Below are positions 29,061-44,332 of a DNA stretch of 64,000 nucleotides, piece after piece; positions within the stretch are counted from its first letter, which is position 1; each line of letters opens with the position of its first letter. The notes under the pieces were generated by a model. It was not told where the DNA came from. It was given only the letters and a program-made list of their open reading frames with translations, and did not search any database. Position numbers and translations under genes: made by a program. Origin of the DNA: the human T2T-CHM13v2.0 reference genome, Homo sapiens; contig CP068257.2 in assembly GCA_009914755.4 (NCBI GenBank), forward strand, positions 30,016,001 through 30,080,000. Reading direction: 5' to 3'.

Positions 29061-32000
29061 CCTAGTTGGCTTATCATTTTTTTAAAAAGGTCTTTAGAAA
29101 AAGACTTTTTCATCCACCCACATGCCACCAAATCTACCAATTTACCTGCACCTGAATCCACATTACTCCTACTGTCTGTGACTGTCCGTGCTCCAATGGT
29201 TACACCTGTTATTTGTACCCTGGATCTGTCCCCTCTCACCTACATAACAACCGAGCACATAGCCCTTCTTGCTTGCACCAACATTCTCCCCTCTACTGGG
29301 CTTCCCAATCATAAGTATGCTGTAGTTTTTGCCCATCTTTCAGAAACAAGAACAAAAATTAAAAACTCCCTCACCCTGCATCTCCTTTCAGGTATCACCC
29401 CATCTTGTTTTTCTCCTCTATAGCAAATCTCCTGAGATGTTCAAAATCCTAATTGTATCCTTCATCTCCCAGTCTCTCACAACCCTATGTAACTGGGCTT
29501 TTGAACTCATCAATCCAATGAAAGCACTTTTCTCACAGTCACCAGGAGCCTTCATTTTGCTACATCCAGCTGCCAAGTCGCAGCGCTCTTTCTTGATCCA
29601 TCAGTGTCATCTGATAGTTCACCTCTCTCCCCCTCTTTCCTGCCTAGAAACTCTACTTGGCTTTCAGATTATCTCCCTCTACATTTTTATCCTAGCCCAC
29701 GGGCTGTACCTTCTCAGCATCCTTTGCTGGAGAGTACAGTATAGATAGTGGTCAAAAGCACAGGCTCCTGTTGGAGTGGGGCTACCTTGAATTCTAACAC
29801 GGCTACTTGTAGCTATGTGACCCTTGGAAGGTTATTTCATCTCCAAGTGCTTCAGTCTCCCCATCTATAAAATGAAGATAACCCTGAGGGCTGCAAGGGT
29901 TAAATGATTAATATACACAAACTGCTTAAGAGTTTCTGGCACGTGGAACTATGTCTACCTTAGTCTCACAGCATCATATTCTTAGCTGCCAAATGCTGAA
30001 GAATTTTGTCCTCAGACCTCTCACCACTTCTCTATTTACATTTTCTCCTTAGGTAATCTCACAGGCTCCTGCGGCTTTAAATATTATCTTTATCTGCTGA
30101 AGATGCCAGAATTTGCAGCTCTATTAGATGTTACCAGTAGTTTACTTGACATCTGTACCTGGGTATCAAAGTTAGAATATCCAACATTTTAATTTGATAG
30201 GCTCCCCTCAAACCCACTCCTACAGATTTGCGCATCACAGGAATGGCAATTACATCTACCAGTTGCTCACATAAAAAACGAGTCATTCTTGACTCTTTTT
30301 CGCATTCCGTATTTAAGTAATATGGCAATTCTGAAGGCTCTATCTTCAAAATATCTTCAGACTCTAACCACTTATCACCTCCATTGCACCAGCCCAACGT
30401 GGGCTAGCTCCCATCTCATCTGCTGCAACAGCATCAGAACCGGTCTCCTTTCCACTCTTACCAACTTCTAGAGTCTGTTTCTCTAACAGCCACAGTAATA
30501 CTTTAAAAACTGCACATCAGATCATGGCATGGATAAAAGACTCTACACCATTTCCCACTGCACTCAAAGCCTAGTGCTCAACAACCTTCTCTAAGCTCAT
30601 CTCCTGCCACTTTCTTCCCTTTGCTCTCCCTTCCTGCTGTGGTCCTTCAACAATCCATGCCCCATCTCAATTCAGGCCCCCTTTCCTTTGGTCCTCACTC
30701 TACATTCCTTTCCTCTGTATTTACATGGGGATATTCTCTTCATTACTGGTTCAGATGCCTTCCCTAGCAATCGTATTTAAAATTGTACATATCCGTGTTA
30801 CACCCTTATACTGCCTAACTGTCCTGTTTTACTCTCCATGTTAAATTATTAGCCCAGGTCTGCGAAAATATAAACTCCAGAAAGACAGGTTTTGTTTTGT
30901 TCATTCTGGTATTTCTAGTATACCTAGAAGGGTGCCTGGCACACAATGGTTATTGATTAGATATTTATTGAACATATGAGTGAATGGTGTTTGCAGAGGT
31001 GATGACCAAACTCATCAAGGAGAAGATACCTCTCAGGGAATTAAGAATAGAGGCTACAAGCTCCAGGTCTTTTCCCAGGGTGGTAAGAATCTTCCCAGCA
31101 TAAACCTAGGAGGACTTGAACTTTGAGAAAGGATGTTTTCTTTCAACCTCCTTTTCTGTTCTTTGTTGCAGTTCCACCGTTTTGATTTGATCTCCACAGA
31201 ATGAGTGTCACTGTGGCACTTTGCATGAACTAAACATGAACTTTTCCCACATGAAGAAAAAGATGTATCAACCACTCATCTCTTTCATCAATACCTGAAG
31301 ATCCCTAAGCATATATCCCTAGGTTTTTTTTTTAATCAGCAAGTATTATCCTTTTTCCATTTCAGACCTGCAGAAAACTGAAATAACAGTACAACCAACA
31401 TGTTATTTCCTTTGCATAGATTCACCAATAACATTTAGGCCTATTTATTCTGAAAACACTCCTGGGTTATTCTTATAGAAGGCACTATGTTCTGAGAGCT
31501 GCGGAAAATGGAAGAATAAGGAGCCAATTTTCAAAGAATGAGAAAAAGCATCTTTCAGATTGTATTATACATTAAGATTATATTTTAAAAATGATGCTTA
31601 GAATGTTAGCAAGAGATTCTTAAGAGAAATTTGAGTTTTCAATAATATATAATGCAGATATACTGAGATGTGACTCATCTATTTTTGGCATAAGGGTATA
31701 TTTTGATAACATCTAATACATGAAAAACAGAATTATAAGTGAAATTGGAGAATGATTACCTTTTTTAAATGCTTGGTTTTTTCAAAATAATGTACAGTAG
31801 GCTCTGCATGGTCAACTTCCTACAGATTTGCTTTTTGGAATTTCAGTTAGCATAATAATAATTACTTAAGTATGTTACTATAATTGACAAAGTGCAATAG
31901 CTATGAGTTAAAATTTCACTATTAGAGTCAATAAACTTGAAATCTAAAGTTAACTTTCTATCACTGAATGAGATTATCTGTAGGCAATTTTATTTTCAAT

Positions 32001-34127
32001 ATTAGCCGGAAAAAAATCTTACCTGAAATTCTTTACAGCAATTAACTTTGTCTACCAAAATCAATCTAGAGCCCAGAGTTACTGCCCCTCCCACCTTCCT
32101 CAAGATGTCCCTCAGAGAGATTTACATTTAAGCCATTCTTCAGACTTGCACTCTGGAGCAGCCTAACAAGTGACAGCCCAGGAGAAATGGAGACAATGTG
32201 TTAAAACATTTCAAGGTTTTCTGCAAGACTTTCTCCATGTTTCATTTGAAGTGCTTTGCCTTGGGAGAAACTATGGTGTGTTCATGTGTAAATTCATATC
32301 CACGCCAAGTATTTGTTCTAGATTAATCACTATTTTGCATTATCCACTGTATCCAATGAACAAGGTTATATACTAAGTTGAAGGTACTGTAATTCGTATT
32401 TAAGAACCATTTCTACTATATAACACTAGTGGAATAACATTAATACAATAATTAGAGTACCAATTCAAATATTTTAAAGCTTTCAAAGAAGAACACTTTT
32501 ATAGGATAAGTAAACAGGCTTTTTGGGTACCAAATTAAATACCTGATATATCACTCTAGCTTATAATTTAATGTAACCAAACATCAAAATTCAAACAAAA
32601 TTAAAACACAAAAATTGTTTTTTAAAAAATTACGTATTATGTTAGTACTTTGAAAACTCTACTTTCTAGAATTTTCTTCAGGCTTCCTTTTAATGTCAGT
32701 GGCTAACTAGTGCATTACTAGTAGACTGGTGCTTTAATATTCTAGTAAGTGTTGCTAAAAATGAGCTACTAAAAAATCTAAAATTCTAGACAGAAACTGG
32801 GCAAAGAAATCCAAACTTAAGTGAAATCATCAAAATCAAATTCCTATTGATATTGCTGGCAAAGTTATTCATCTTTTAGGCAGTTTCAGGGATCATAACG
32901 ATAGCATAAAAACATTTGCGCTTGTTTAAATATAATTCACAAACCAATTCTGTCCCCACAATTTCCTGAGGTGTCCAAATCTGGAATCATCAACTCAAAT
33001 GTCTACTGAAGCCATGCCAGGACTGCAGCGCAGCACACCACTGCCTAGTAATTTAGCCACAGGCCACCAACTTGTTACTCTTGCTTTAAAACCTTTGGTA
33101 ACAAAAATTACAAGTAGGAAGTGATCTTACAAATACTCAACTCTTATTTATAAATTTTACCATCAGCTACAGTAGTGTGACAAAAACTGGTGGTAATCTC
33201 TTCATATTGATAATTAATGAATAAACATACTTGTCAAGAGGCTTTAATTTTCCATAAAAGGAATGAGTTCGACCTAGAACAGTTTTTGCTTGAAAAGATA
33301 TTTTGGATATACTGGTAACACAGTACAGATAGGTAACACAAACAAACATTTTTTTGTGTATTCTTTTTTATTGTTTGGAACACCAAAGTAACCCAAACTT
33401 TACATTTACAATGAACTTTTTAATAAAAATAGGTTGTACATATTAGAGATACATGTTATACAAAAGTTTTTGAAAAGTAAAACACAAACACTTATACAGT
33501 AAAGAGAATGAACTGAATTGCTATCATTTGCAATATTCCTTCTCTCCTAAATGACCAACAACTGTAGAATGTTACCTTTAGCTTTTATGAAACTACCACC
33601 ACTGTAGCTATTTGGGTGTGTGAGATTTCTTTAAAATCAAGTAATAATTATTGCGCATCAAGTAATTTTATATTTTCAGATTATCAGTATTACTAAAAGA
33701 ATCAAAATCTCTAAAAGTTGGTTTTATTCCCTCCAAATTCAGTAGTACAACTCAACTAATTACTCCCAAACTAACACCCGCACTTAAGTCTGATGATACA
33801 ACCAAACCATCCTTAAGGCACCCACTGCCTCTTTCCAGTATAATCAGGCTTCACTACAGAATTTTTGGAGACCCACTGAACAACTGTTTGGTGCCTAGTA
33901 CTTTAAAAATATTGCCACATTTCACAAATTAAGATCCAAGAACTCAGTTAAGTCTCGCTCACTGGAAAAACTACAGATATCTAGTAGGTGTGCTATTTAT
34001 CACTAAACTGACACATTTTCTCATTAAGCCAACTGATGGAACTTTAATATGTGTAAATTTATGATCTAATCTATCTCGAAAATATCTGAGGCAACTATGT
34101 CAAGATAAATTTTTTCCTAAAAAGTAG

Positions 34128-34437
<310 letters not shown>

Positions 34438-36965
34438 TTAGAATTGCAAAAGATATTCTTCTCTAGGTCTTATAAATAACATCTATGACATTTCTTACCT
34501 GTAATATAAGCACCCACCACTCACTAAGTGCCTGCCCTACAGCAGGCCCCAAAGCAAGTGTTTTATAGATGTTAGCCCATTAAATCATCGTGACACCATT
34601 GTGTTTGTCATTTTTCTCCCCCTTTAGAGATGAGAAAACTGAAGTTTAGCATCAACTTCTAGACTTATAGTTTTCTGGTGAGCATAACAATTCCTTTTAT
34701 TATCTTAAAAGAAAACATTAGAGCACCAAGAGGAAATACCAAAGCATCTTAGTTCTGGGATTCCATCACTTGTTATCCCAACCTAATTACTGATCCTTTA
34801 GTACTGCAATACTGCAGTGTGGTCACCACATTCCTTTATCAAAATGATAAAACTGGTTAGTCTTAGATGAACCCTTCTTAACTTGCATACACATTTAAAA
34901 CTCATTCCTCTATAAGGTCAAAATTCCTGTGATATTCTTTTCAAGACTGCTGACTGAAGGCACATGGAAGGCTTTCTTTCTCATGACTGAACTAACATAT
35001 TGCATTTTAGTTCAAAGTGCTTATTTTAACAAAATTGTTTTCACTTTTCTTATGTCAAATTCTAAACCCTTCTGGATTTAGAATAGCCTTCAATTTTAAA
35101 ATTCTGTTTTAGAACGAAGATAATCATCAGAAGTAAAATATGAACAGTCCTGCATTGAAAACCACCCGCTCATGTAACAAATGTTCCCCTCTCATGGGTC
35201 CATCTAGTGGGAGGAAGATGGACATGCAAACAGTATGTCAGGTGATGATAAACGCTACGACTGATTCAGAATTTAATTACTTTTCTAGCCATGCCTAGCT
35301 TACTATGTTTTTCCAAGCTCACCGACTTCTCATCTGTGTTTGGTTGCACATGTTGGATGCAGAGGTTAAATTGTATGTTCAGTAGTGATAAGAAATAACA
35401 GGCAGGGTCTTCAAGACCTAAATGTTAAATCACAGGCAGGCTACTTACTACGCTTCACAGTTGCTTGAAAGCAGTGGTTATTAAACTCCTGGAGTTCATG
35501 AGATCTTTTCACTCATTCAATAAATTTATTAAACCCAGTAAAAAACACAAATGCAGCAATTTTACAAATAGTTTCAGGTAGTCTAACATCCATGGACCTT
35601 AGATTAGGATTCATAATCAAGGGTGTGTATGTGGGATGTGAAGAAGGGGTTGCTATCCAGATTCTGTGATTCTTGTGCAATCATGTTAATATGAAAAAAA
35701 AAAAAGCATAACAAAAAAGATGCAAAGATGTTCCCTGGTTCCTAGTCCAATGTTCCTTCTATGATATGACTTCCATTGGAAGGTAGACCTCTTAAGCAAC
35801 TTCCTCATTAAACAAATCATTTTCCATCATTATGGTAACTACACTCCTGTATCACTTGTGATAAATTTTAATCCCAAATCCTCTTTTACCATTACCCAAT
35901 CTGTGTACTAAGGGAAATAAACTCAAGGCTATTATCAGCCTAAGCTTAGTCTAGGGGAGGGCAGAATACAGTATACCATTTAAAAACAAATTGTTTTTTT
36001 ATTATAAATATAGTACATGCAAAAAATAAAAAATTCCAACAGTACTGAATAGCATAGGTGAAAAGTAAAAGTCCTCCATTACAAACCAATGTCTCACAGT
36101 CCTACATCTCAGAGGTAATCAATAGGTTCTTTCCTAAAACAACTCAGATTATGAAAGCAAACAGGCATATGCATATACCTTTGAAAAATACTATGGGCTC
36201 ACAGGACTAGAACACTGTAATACTCTCAAGATATTAACTTCCAATTAGGGGATTCAAGTGTTAATTATATTTGGCAATACCACTTCAAATACAACAATTT
36301 GTTAATTTAAAAGATGGTCTACTGTAACAAGCATGTGATGTATTTATTCATAACTTAAGCAGGCAAGAGTAAGCCTGCTTAAAGATGTAAAAGATCTAAG
36401 TCACATCGCCCTTGATCACAGTATTGAAGTTGTGGGTAAAAAGTACAACAGATAAACTCCAGCCAAGTAAACTGAGAGTGAGTGGGAAAGTGGTACCTCA
36501 GGCTGCGCAACTGTTACTTAGAAAACAAAGCCATTTTATTGGAATGTATCAAAGATGATTTCTTTGCTAGCCCACAAAGAACGCTACCCAAGTCCAGGGG
36601 TTTCAGATAGATAATAATTGGTCCAGACAGAGAAAAACCTATGCCGTTAAAGAAGTATCTCCTAAAAGCTGGGAAGAGACTAAGGTTAAGTGAATTACGA
36701 ACTCTGTACCAATTCCTTTGCACAGAGATTACTTTTAATCATTTTTCTATACCAAATAAGGATGTGAAGATCCAAACTTTTATTCAAGACAGACAAACAT
36801 GATTTTGTCTTTGAGATTCTCTCTTGGTAAAGATCAAGTACACATATTTGACTTTAAGAGGAAGATCTTCCTCAAAAACAAACAAACAAACAAAACAACC
36901 AAAAAAGCCAGTCTTGGAAATAATTTTACCAAAATTAACATTGTTTTTTTAAAAAAATCTAACTT

Positions 36966-36998
36966 GGGGATGGGTGGGGGGGTGGGGGGGGGTGGGGC
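36966..36998. repeat. G-rich tract gggatgggtgggggggtgggggggggtgggg (C-rich on SCAF4 transcript)
   Basis: Read directly; lies 35-65 nt into the intron downstream (transcript sense) of the SCAF4 donor at 37032. Confidence 0.85.
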
Positions 36999-37031
36999 AA
37001 GGAAAACTAATGATAAAAAAAAATAACTTAC

Positions 37032-37223
37032 CAAGAAGTGAAACAGGCTGGGTTACAGGAGGGGTGGGCAGATTCGTGGGTGCAGCAGGTGGCACGGCAG
37101 AGCCATACATTTTCACGCTGTCACCAGACTCGGCGTTTCCTCTAGCCCCAGACACCACTGTTGGAATGGGATTTCCAATAGATAAGTCTTTTGTAGTGTC
37201 TTCATTTATACCAGCGATAGTAG
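37032..37223 (-). CDS. SCAF4: SCAF4 exon (TIAGINEDTTKDLSIGNPIPTVVSGARGNAESGDSVKMYGSAVPPAAPTNLPTPPVTQPVSLL)
   Basis: Minus-strand acceptor ttccttag|CT, donor TTG|gtaagtt; frame consistent with flanking exons; coordinates anchored to ORF track 36949..37158. Confidence 0.8.
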
Positions 37224-37380
37224 CTAAGGAATATAATTATATCAACATGTGAAGCTGAATAATTAATTATCTCCCGGTCAACATTCTTATGCCATACTAT
37301 AGATCCTATTACCGCTTCACTCTCCCTCCTACACCCAGCTCCAAGAGGATAAGCAAACACAAAGAAAAAAACATGCTTAC

Positions 37381-37467
37381 AGTTTGGGATGCTTATTGGT
37401 GGAGTGTGAGGAGGAGGAATGGATACTGGTGGAGTTATAGGAGGTGGGGGTCCAGGAGGCAGAAAAC
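37381..37467 (-). CDS. SCAF4: SCAF4 exon (FLPPGPPPPITPPVSIPPPHTPPISIPN)
   Basis: Acceptor ttattctag|GTTTTCTG, donor AACT|gtaagc; phase 2 start, phase 1 end link neighbours in frame. Confidence 0.75.
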
Positions 37468-37550
37468 CTAGAATAAGAAAAATAATGTCAACTTATGCTG
37501 TATCACTCCATCGCAGGCTCTAAAGTATGTTCACAGACAATTTAGTGTAC

Positions 37551-37716
37551 CTGGTGGTAAATGCATTGGGTTGAATCCTGGGCGCAAAAATGGTGGAGGA
37601 GGAGGGGGAGGAGGAACACCAGGACCAAAGCCTGGAGGCGGTATTCCCAGAGGAGGCGTGAAAGCAGGCGGCTGGAGAGCACCAACTACAGGTGGACCCG
37701 GTTGATGTGGTGGGAC
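37551..37716 (-). CDS. SCAF4: SCAF4 exon (VPPHQPGPPVVGALQPPAFTPPLGIPPPGFGPGVPPPPPPPPFLRPGFNPMHLPP)
   Basis: Acceptor ctttctttctag|GTCCCACC, donor CAG|gtacac; proline-rich translation without stops. Confidence 0.8.
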
Positions 37717-37872
37717 CTAGAAAGAAAGATAAAAGAATAAACCACCTATCTAGACACCCTCCCATCCACACAGTAAGCACAGATAAAAGAGCAAACTGTT
37801 GAAAAAATAGATGTTTCTTAATTTGTGCTTATTAGACCAATTTATTAAATAACAGGTGGTAGTTAACTTCTA

Positions 37873-38251
<379 letters not shown>

Positions 38252-39807
38252 TTATGACAGCAATTTCACACTATATTTCACCAGTGTTTATTGGTGTTCT
38301 GACATCATGTAATACATTTTAAAATGTTCCATGGTCCTTTCAGCAATACAGCTTTAAGACAGGCTACTTGGCAATTTACACAATGGCTAAGATCACAGGT
38401 CCTGGAGCCAAACTGTCTGCTTCTCCCACCCGCTTTAGTTAGCTGTGTGACCTTGAGCAAGCTATTTAAATTCTCTAAAACGGCAAAGTGCCAACCACAC
38501 ATAATTATGCAGATTAAATGAGTTAATACATACTAAGTGCTGGTGCCTGGCACTTAAATACCCAACAAACGTTAGCTATTTTTTTTTTTAAGATAAATTT
38601 TAACAACCCCCCCAGCCACGGACCATTACCAGTCTATGGCCTGTTAGGAAACGGGCCACACAGCAGTGGGCAAGCAAGCACCACCTCCTGAGCTCTGCCT
38701 TCTGTCAGATCAGCGGCGGCATTAGATTGTCATAGGAGCATGAACCCTGTCGTGAAATGCACATGTCAGGGATCTAGCTTGTGCAGTTCTTATGAGAATC
38801 TAACTAATGCCTGATGATCTGAGGTGGAGCAGCTTTATCCTGAAACCATCTTCCACTCCAGTCCATGGAAAAATTGCCTTCCAAGAAACTGGTCCCTGGT
38901 GCCGGAAAGGTTGGAGACCACTATCTGAACAGATCAGGCAGCTTTCTGTAAATGAGTGCTGACACACATTGAATTTTGCTTAGAACCTGCACTGGAGGGG
39001 CATATCCAGAAGGTCAGCTGAAGAGTTTGCCAACTAGGGGAGTCCATTTAAATCACAGCCAAGAATGTACCAAAGCATACAGTTTTCCCCTCACATTGAG
39101 AAAATGAAGACACAATTCACTTTCATGATAGCTCAGATTTATCTGATTCAGATTTAATGTGAGAAACTGAGGAAGGAAGACAAGAAAAATCCAGTAGATC
39201 ACACATAGAACTATGGGTCAAGTTCTTATAATTTTCAAAGGGTTTTTCATTTTTCGGCCCTTATGACGTGACAAAAAACATACTGAGTACTTAACATATA
39301 TTATCTCATTTAACCCTCAAAACAACTCTAACACATGAGGAATGCCAAAGCCAGGAAAGGGAATTTGCACATTTACAAATAGGAAACTGAAGCTTATAAG
39401 TGAAGTTACATGCCAAATACCATACTGCTGAATATAAACAACAGAGTTGAGAATTAAACCCAGTTCTACCAGAATCTAGTATTGCTTTTCAAGTAACAGG
39501 TTGGCTGACTAGACAGCAAATATTTTATAATAAGAACACATCTTCATGTTAAATGGCATTTATTATGAAGTTTTCAATCCATTTAAAAATTTCATAAGGA
39601 TAGCATCCAAGGTGAAAATTAAGAAAATCCCTGTCCCTCAAAGCAGCAGCTTATTGGGTACATATCCAAGTTTCTTCAGGACACAAAGTCCCTGAAGAAT
39701 GAAGACTCAGAAAAAAAGTAGGCAGAGCCTATGAAACTTGATACTGAATAATCTGGATGGATAGATGTAAGACAATATACATTTATTTTGGTTGTATAAA
39801 CATTTAT

Positions 39808-40096
39808 GGGCCAGGCACGGTGGCTCACACCTGTAATCCCAGCACTTTGGGAGGCCAAGGCAGGCAGATCACTTGAGGCCAGGAGTTTGATACGAGCCTG
39901 GCCAGCATGGTGAAGCCCCGTCTCTACTAAAAATACAAAAATTAGCCAGGTGTGGTGGCAAATGCCTGTAATCCTGTAATCCCAGCTATTCAGGTGGCTG
40001 AGGCAAGAGGGTCGGCTTGAATCTGGGAGGTGGAAGTTGCAGTGAGCCAACATCACCACCACATTCCAGCTTGGGCAACAAAGAGAGACTCTGTCT

Positions 40097-40129
<33 letters not shown>
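39808..40129 (+). mobile_element. Alu with ~32-nt pure poly(A) tail
   Basis: ggccaggcacggtggctcacacctg...ctgtctc followed by uninterrupted A run 40098-40129. Confidence 0.9.
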
Positions 40130-40131
<2 letters not shown>

Positions 40132-40290
40132 GAAGAATATAAAATTTAAATCTGATAAAACATGAAAAATGTAATATGCACATATATGTACTCATGTTTT
40201 TTACTATGAATCCAGACATATATCTACAGTAAGATTTAGAAAGGGACCTTTCAGGCACTTAAAGTTTAAGTCATGTCCCAATATTCTCAC

Positions 40291-40448
40291 CTGTGGAGGT
40301 GGCACTGTTATAGGTGCAGGAACAGGAATAGGAGGGACAGGCACAGGTAATGGTTTAGGTATGGGTGATACTGGTTCTGTGTGTGAGGTTTCAGCACCTC
40401 CATTTTGAGCAACTTCATTTTCAGGCTTCTTAGGAATTCCTTTCCAAT
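40291..40448 (-). CDS. SCAF4: SCAF4 exon (WKGIPKKPENEVAQNGGAETSHTEPVSPIPKPLPVPVPPIPVPAPITVPPPQ)
   Basis: Acceptor cgctcacag|ATTGG, donor CAG|gtgaga; frame joins upstream exon (G|AT = Asp). Confidence 0.8.
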
Positions 40449-41252
40449 CTGTGAGCGTGAAAGAAATTTAACAAGAGTTTACCATTTTCAGTTTGTAACT
40501 TTAAATCTAGAAATGAAAAATGTTGATTATAAAAACCTAGCCCAGTTATTAAAGAAATTCCCATGCTAATTTTAGAAATAGTAATTATTTAAATTAACAA
40601 CAATAGAAACATGTAAAAGAATGCATACTGTGTGCCAGGCACTGTCACAAGCACTCTATTTATACTAGCTTATTTAGTTCTCATAACCATTTACAAGTAG
40701 ATACTACTATTATTCCCATTTCACAAATGAGAAAAGCAAAGACAGCTTGCCCAAGATCACATTCTTGGTAAATGGCAGGGACGGATTCAACTCAGACACA
40801 TTTGGTTCTAGAGTCCATGTTCTTAACCACAAGAATGTATTATTTAAAGTATTAGAAATAAAGGATAATGAAACACCCAATATTTCCTGAACACATTTCA
40901 CTAATATTAAAGAATAACTTAAACTTCCCACCTATTTCCACATATCTTCTAGTCAAGTGAAAACAAAACTGTCTTTCTGCTCCGTCCTCTGAGGCTCTGG
41001 CTCCATCAGATTCTCCTATATTCTTGAGCTTTTCAATACATTCTCCACTGGACCATGAGCCCCAAGATTACACCATCTTCTTCTTTTTACCACTGTCTAG
41101 CGCCTCCCAGATGTCCAGCACATAGTAGGCCCTCAATACCTGATTGCCTTAACACAAATCTAGCTCTATCCTTAGATGAAGGCTTTGTACATCCAGGGAG
41201 GGAGTGGGATGTGGGAATAGTACAGCATTGTTTCATCTCTTTTTGGCTCTGA

Positions 41253-41594
<342 letters not shown>

Positions 41595-41628
41595 TGAAGC
41601 TTCCTTTAAATGTTCTTTCTGAGGGCGG

Positions 41629-41947
<319 letters not shown>

Positions 41948-42173
41948 CTATACTGCCATGCCATCCTATGCTCCTCCTGTTCCTCTGTCTAGCAATCTCC
42001 AGGTCATGCCCATGCATTCTGTGATTTTCCCCCCTGCAATCTCACTGTCAATCTGGCATTTTAAATATTTATGCCCACAAATAACTGCAATTCATTGTCT
42101 TATACGTTTACTTTAGATTGCTTCTCTGGACATCTAAAACTTTCCAAGGTAATTATCATGAAGCACTGGATTA

Positions 42174-42480
<307 letters not shown>

Positions 42481-42780
42481 AAAACATAATACCAAAGATG
42501 CTCAGTTAAGACCTATATGATTTATTAAGTTTCACAGGAAAAGTTCTACTTAATTCTGTAATTCATAGATCCCATAATCAGTTAAGTATTTCACTTGTGT
42601 TTGCATCTCTTTTGTCTCATTCACTATTTAACCCTCAGTTTATAATGGAGATACTGACACAGGAGGGATCCTAAAAAATCTCAAAAATCACGTCCTAATG
42701 CAAGGAACAGGACATTCGATTTGTCATATGTACTACCAAGCAAATAAGTGAACTGTAAGAGAAATTAAATACTGCTTTAC

Positions 42781-42937
42781 CTGGGTTAAGTGTGTCACTG
42801 TCCAACATTCCTCCTTCACAAAAACTCTCCAGTTCCTCAGGCTTGACTTTGTCCCATGGAATATAAGTAACACCAAGTTCTACATCCCAATACTGCTTAT
42901 AATCTGCCTTTATTCCTTTGTTTAAGGCCCAGGCAAT
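42781..42937 (-). CDS. SCAF4: SCAF4 exon, C-terminal part of RRM (IAWALNKGIKADYKQYWDVELGVTYIPWDKVKPEELESFCEGGMLDSDTLNP)
   Basis: Acceptor tggtgaaatag|ATTGCC, donor CAG|gtaaag. Confidence 0.8.
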
Positions 42938-43800
42938 CTATTTCACCATTAGTGAAAATATAAAAAGAAAACAAAGCAAGGTCGTAAGTCTTGAGGGTAT
43001 TATTCTCTATCATTCTATCCATTCCGACTCGGGCACCAAGGGAGCAATCTGGACCAGCTAGGCTTGGATCTCATTCAAAGCCTTATTCTCACTACAGAAC
43101 TGGTTACCCTTTAATTCTCACTTTGTCCTAGGATGGAAATTTCACTGGCATCTTCTCCTTACCAACTCTCACCCAACCCAGCCAACATAAAACTTAGAGA
43201 AAAGGAAAAAGTTTAACAGGGAAAGGCTGAAGTTCCCTGAATAGCCTAGTAGTATACTGGGGACTACTTTTCCAAGTCTAGGGGTGCCTTGTAATTACTT
43301 AACATCAGACAAAATCTTTTTGCAGTGCAATCCAGCGGTAGAATGGGGTGTTAAGACACTGAAGAAACACTGACTTTAGCTCCTTAGGGGAAAAATACCC
43401 ATATACCTATATGTTTTTCTCCACCTTTGGTGAATATTTTTCAGTTAATTCTAAGATGGCAAACTTTAAAAATACAGTATCCAAATTTTTTGAACAGGAC
43501 AAAACATATTGCTAAAAGACATTATATTTAAAGCACTAATTTACCATGATGAACCCATCTACATTTAGGAAAAACAAAACAAAACAAATTCTACCATGCA
43601 CGTAACATTTACAATTTTATGCTGAAACACTGGAGTTCTTTTAGGAAATATTCTTTAAAAAAAAAAAAAAAAAAAGATGCACATGAAATGCCTCAGTGTT
43701 GAAAGTCATTTCGAAGACCCAAATTAGTTTTTATATGCCACATATTTTTCCCCTTCTGCCTATTTAAAAAAAAAATTAATTATAACATGTAAGACTGTAC

Positions 43801-43914
43801 CTTTATGGATTTCTGGTTCACTTTATAGTTTCCTCGGCTCAGTTTCTGCAGGGCACGATAGGCATCTTGCCTATGAACCATAACAATATAGGCACAACCC
43901 CTGGGAGGAATCAT
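43801..43914 (-). CDS. SCAF4: SCAF4 exon, RRM RNP1 region (MIPPRGCAYIVMVHRQDAYRALQKLSRGNYKVNQKSIK); alternative acceptor 3 nt upstream (43917) would add Q
   Basis: Tandem NAGNAG acceptor ttttggAGcAG|ATG; RNP1 motif RGCAYIVM; donor AAG|gtacag. Confidence 0.75.
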
Positions 43915-44332
43915 CTGCTCCAAAACATTTTAATATTATAAAAGATAACAAAATTGAAAAGCAACAAGATACAACACCAAGTAAGCAGTTCCAACAATCC
44001 CATCCCTCACCCCATGCTATATAATGTAAGGTTAAATTCATTTCTAAGTTGGCAATTCAAGTTTGGTCTCAACTGAGTCCTCCAAGCTTTGTTATATAAA
44101 GACTTACCTAGAAATGTTTGAAATTAAACTTGGTTATCCAAGAAATGTTAAATACAAAGAATTCTAAGAAATGTTAAATACAGATAATTCTAAACGTGGA
44201 CTCTGAACACCTAAATTCTAGTCACATCTATAAACCTGGGCAAATTGTAACTTTGGTCTCAGGTCCTCCATTTCATAAAATGACATTAATCACACCTGTC
44301 CATCGTACTTAAAAAACTGAATAAACACTCAC

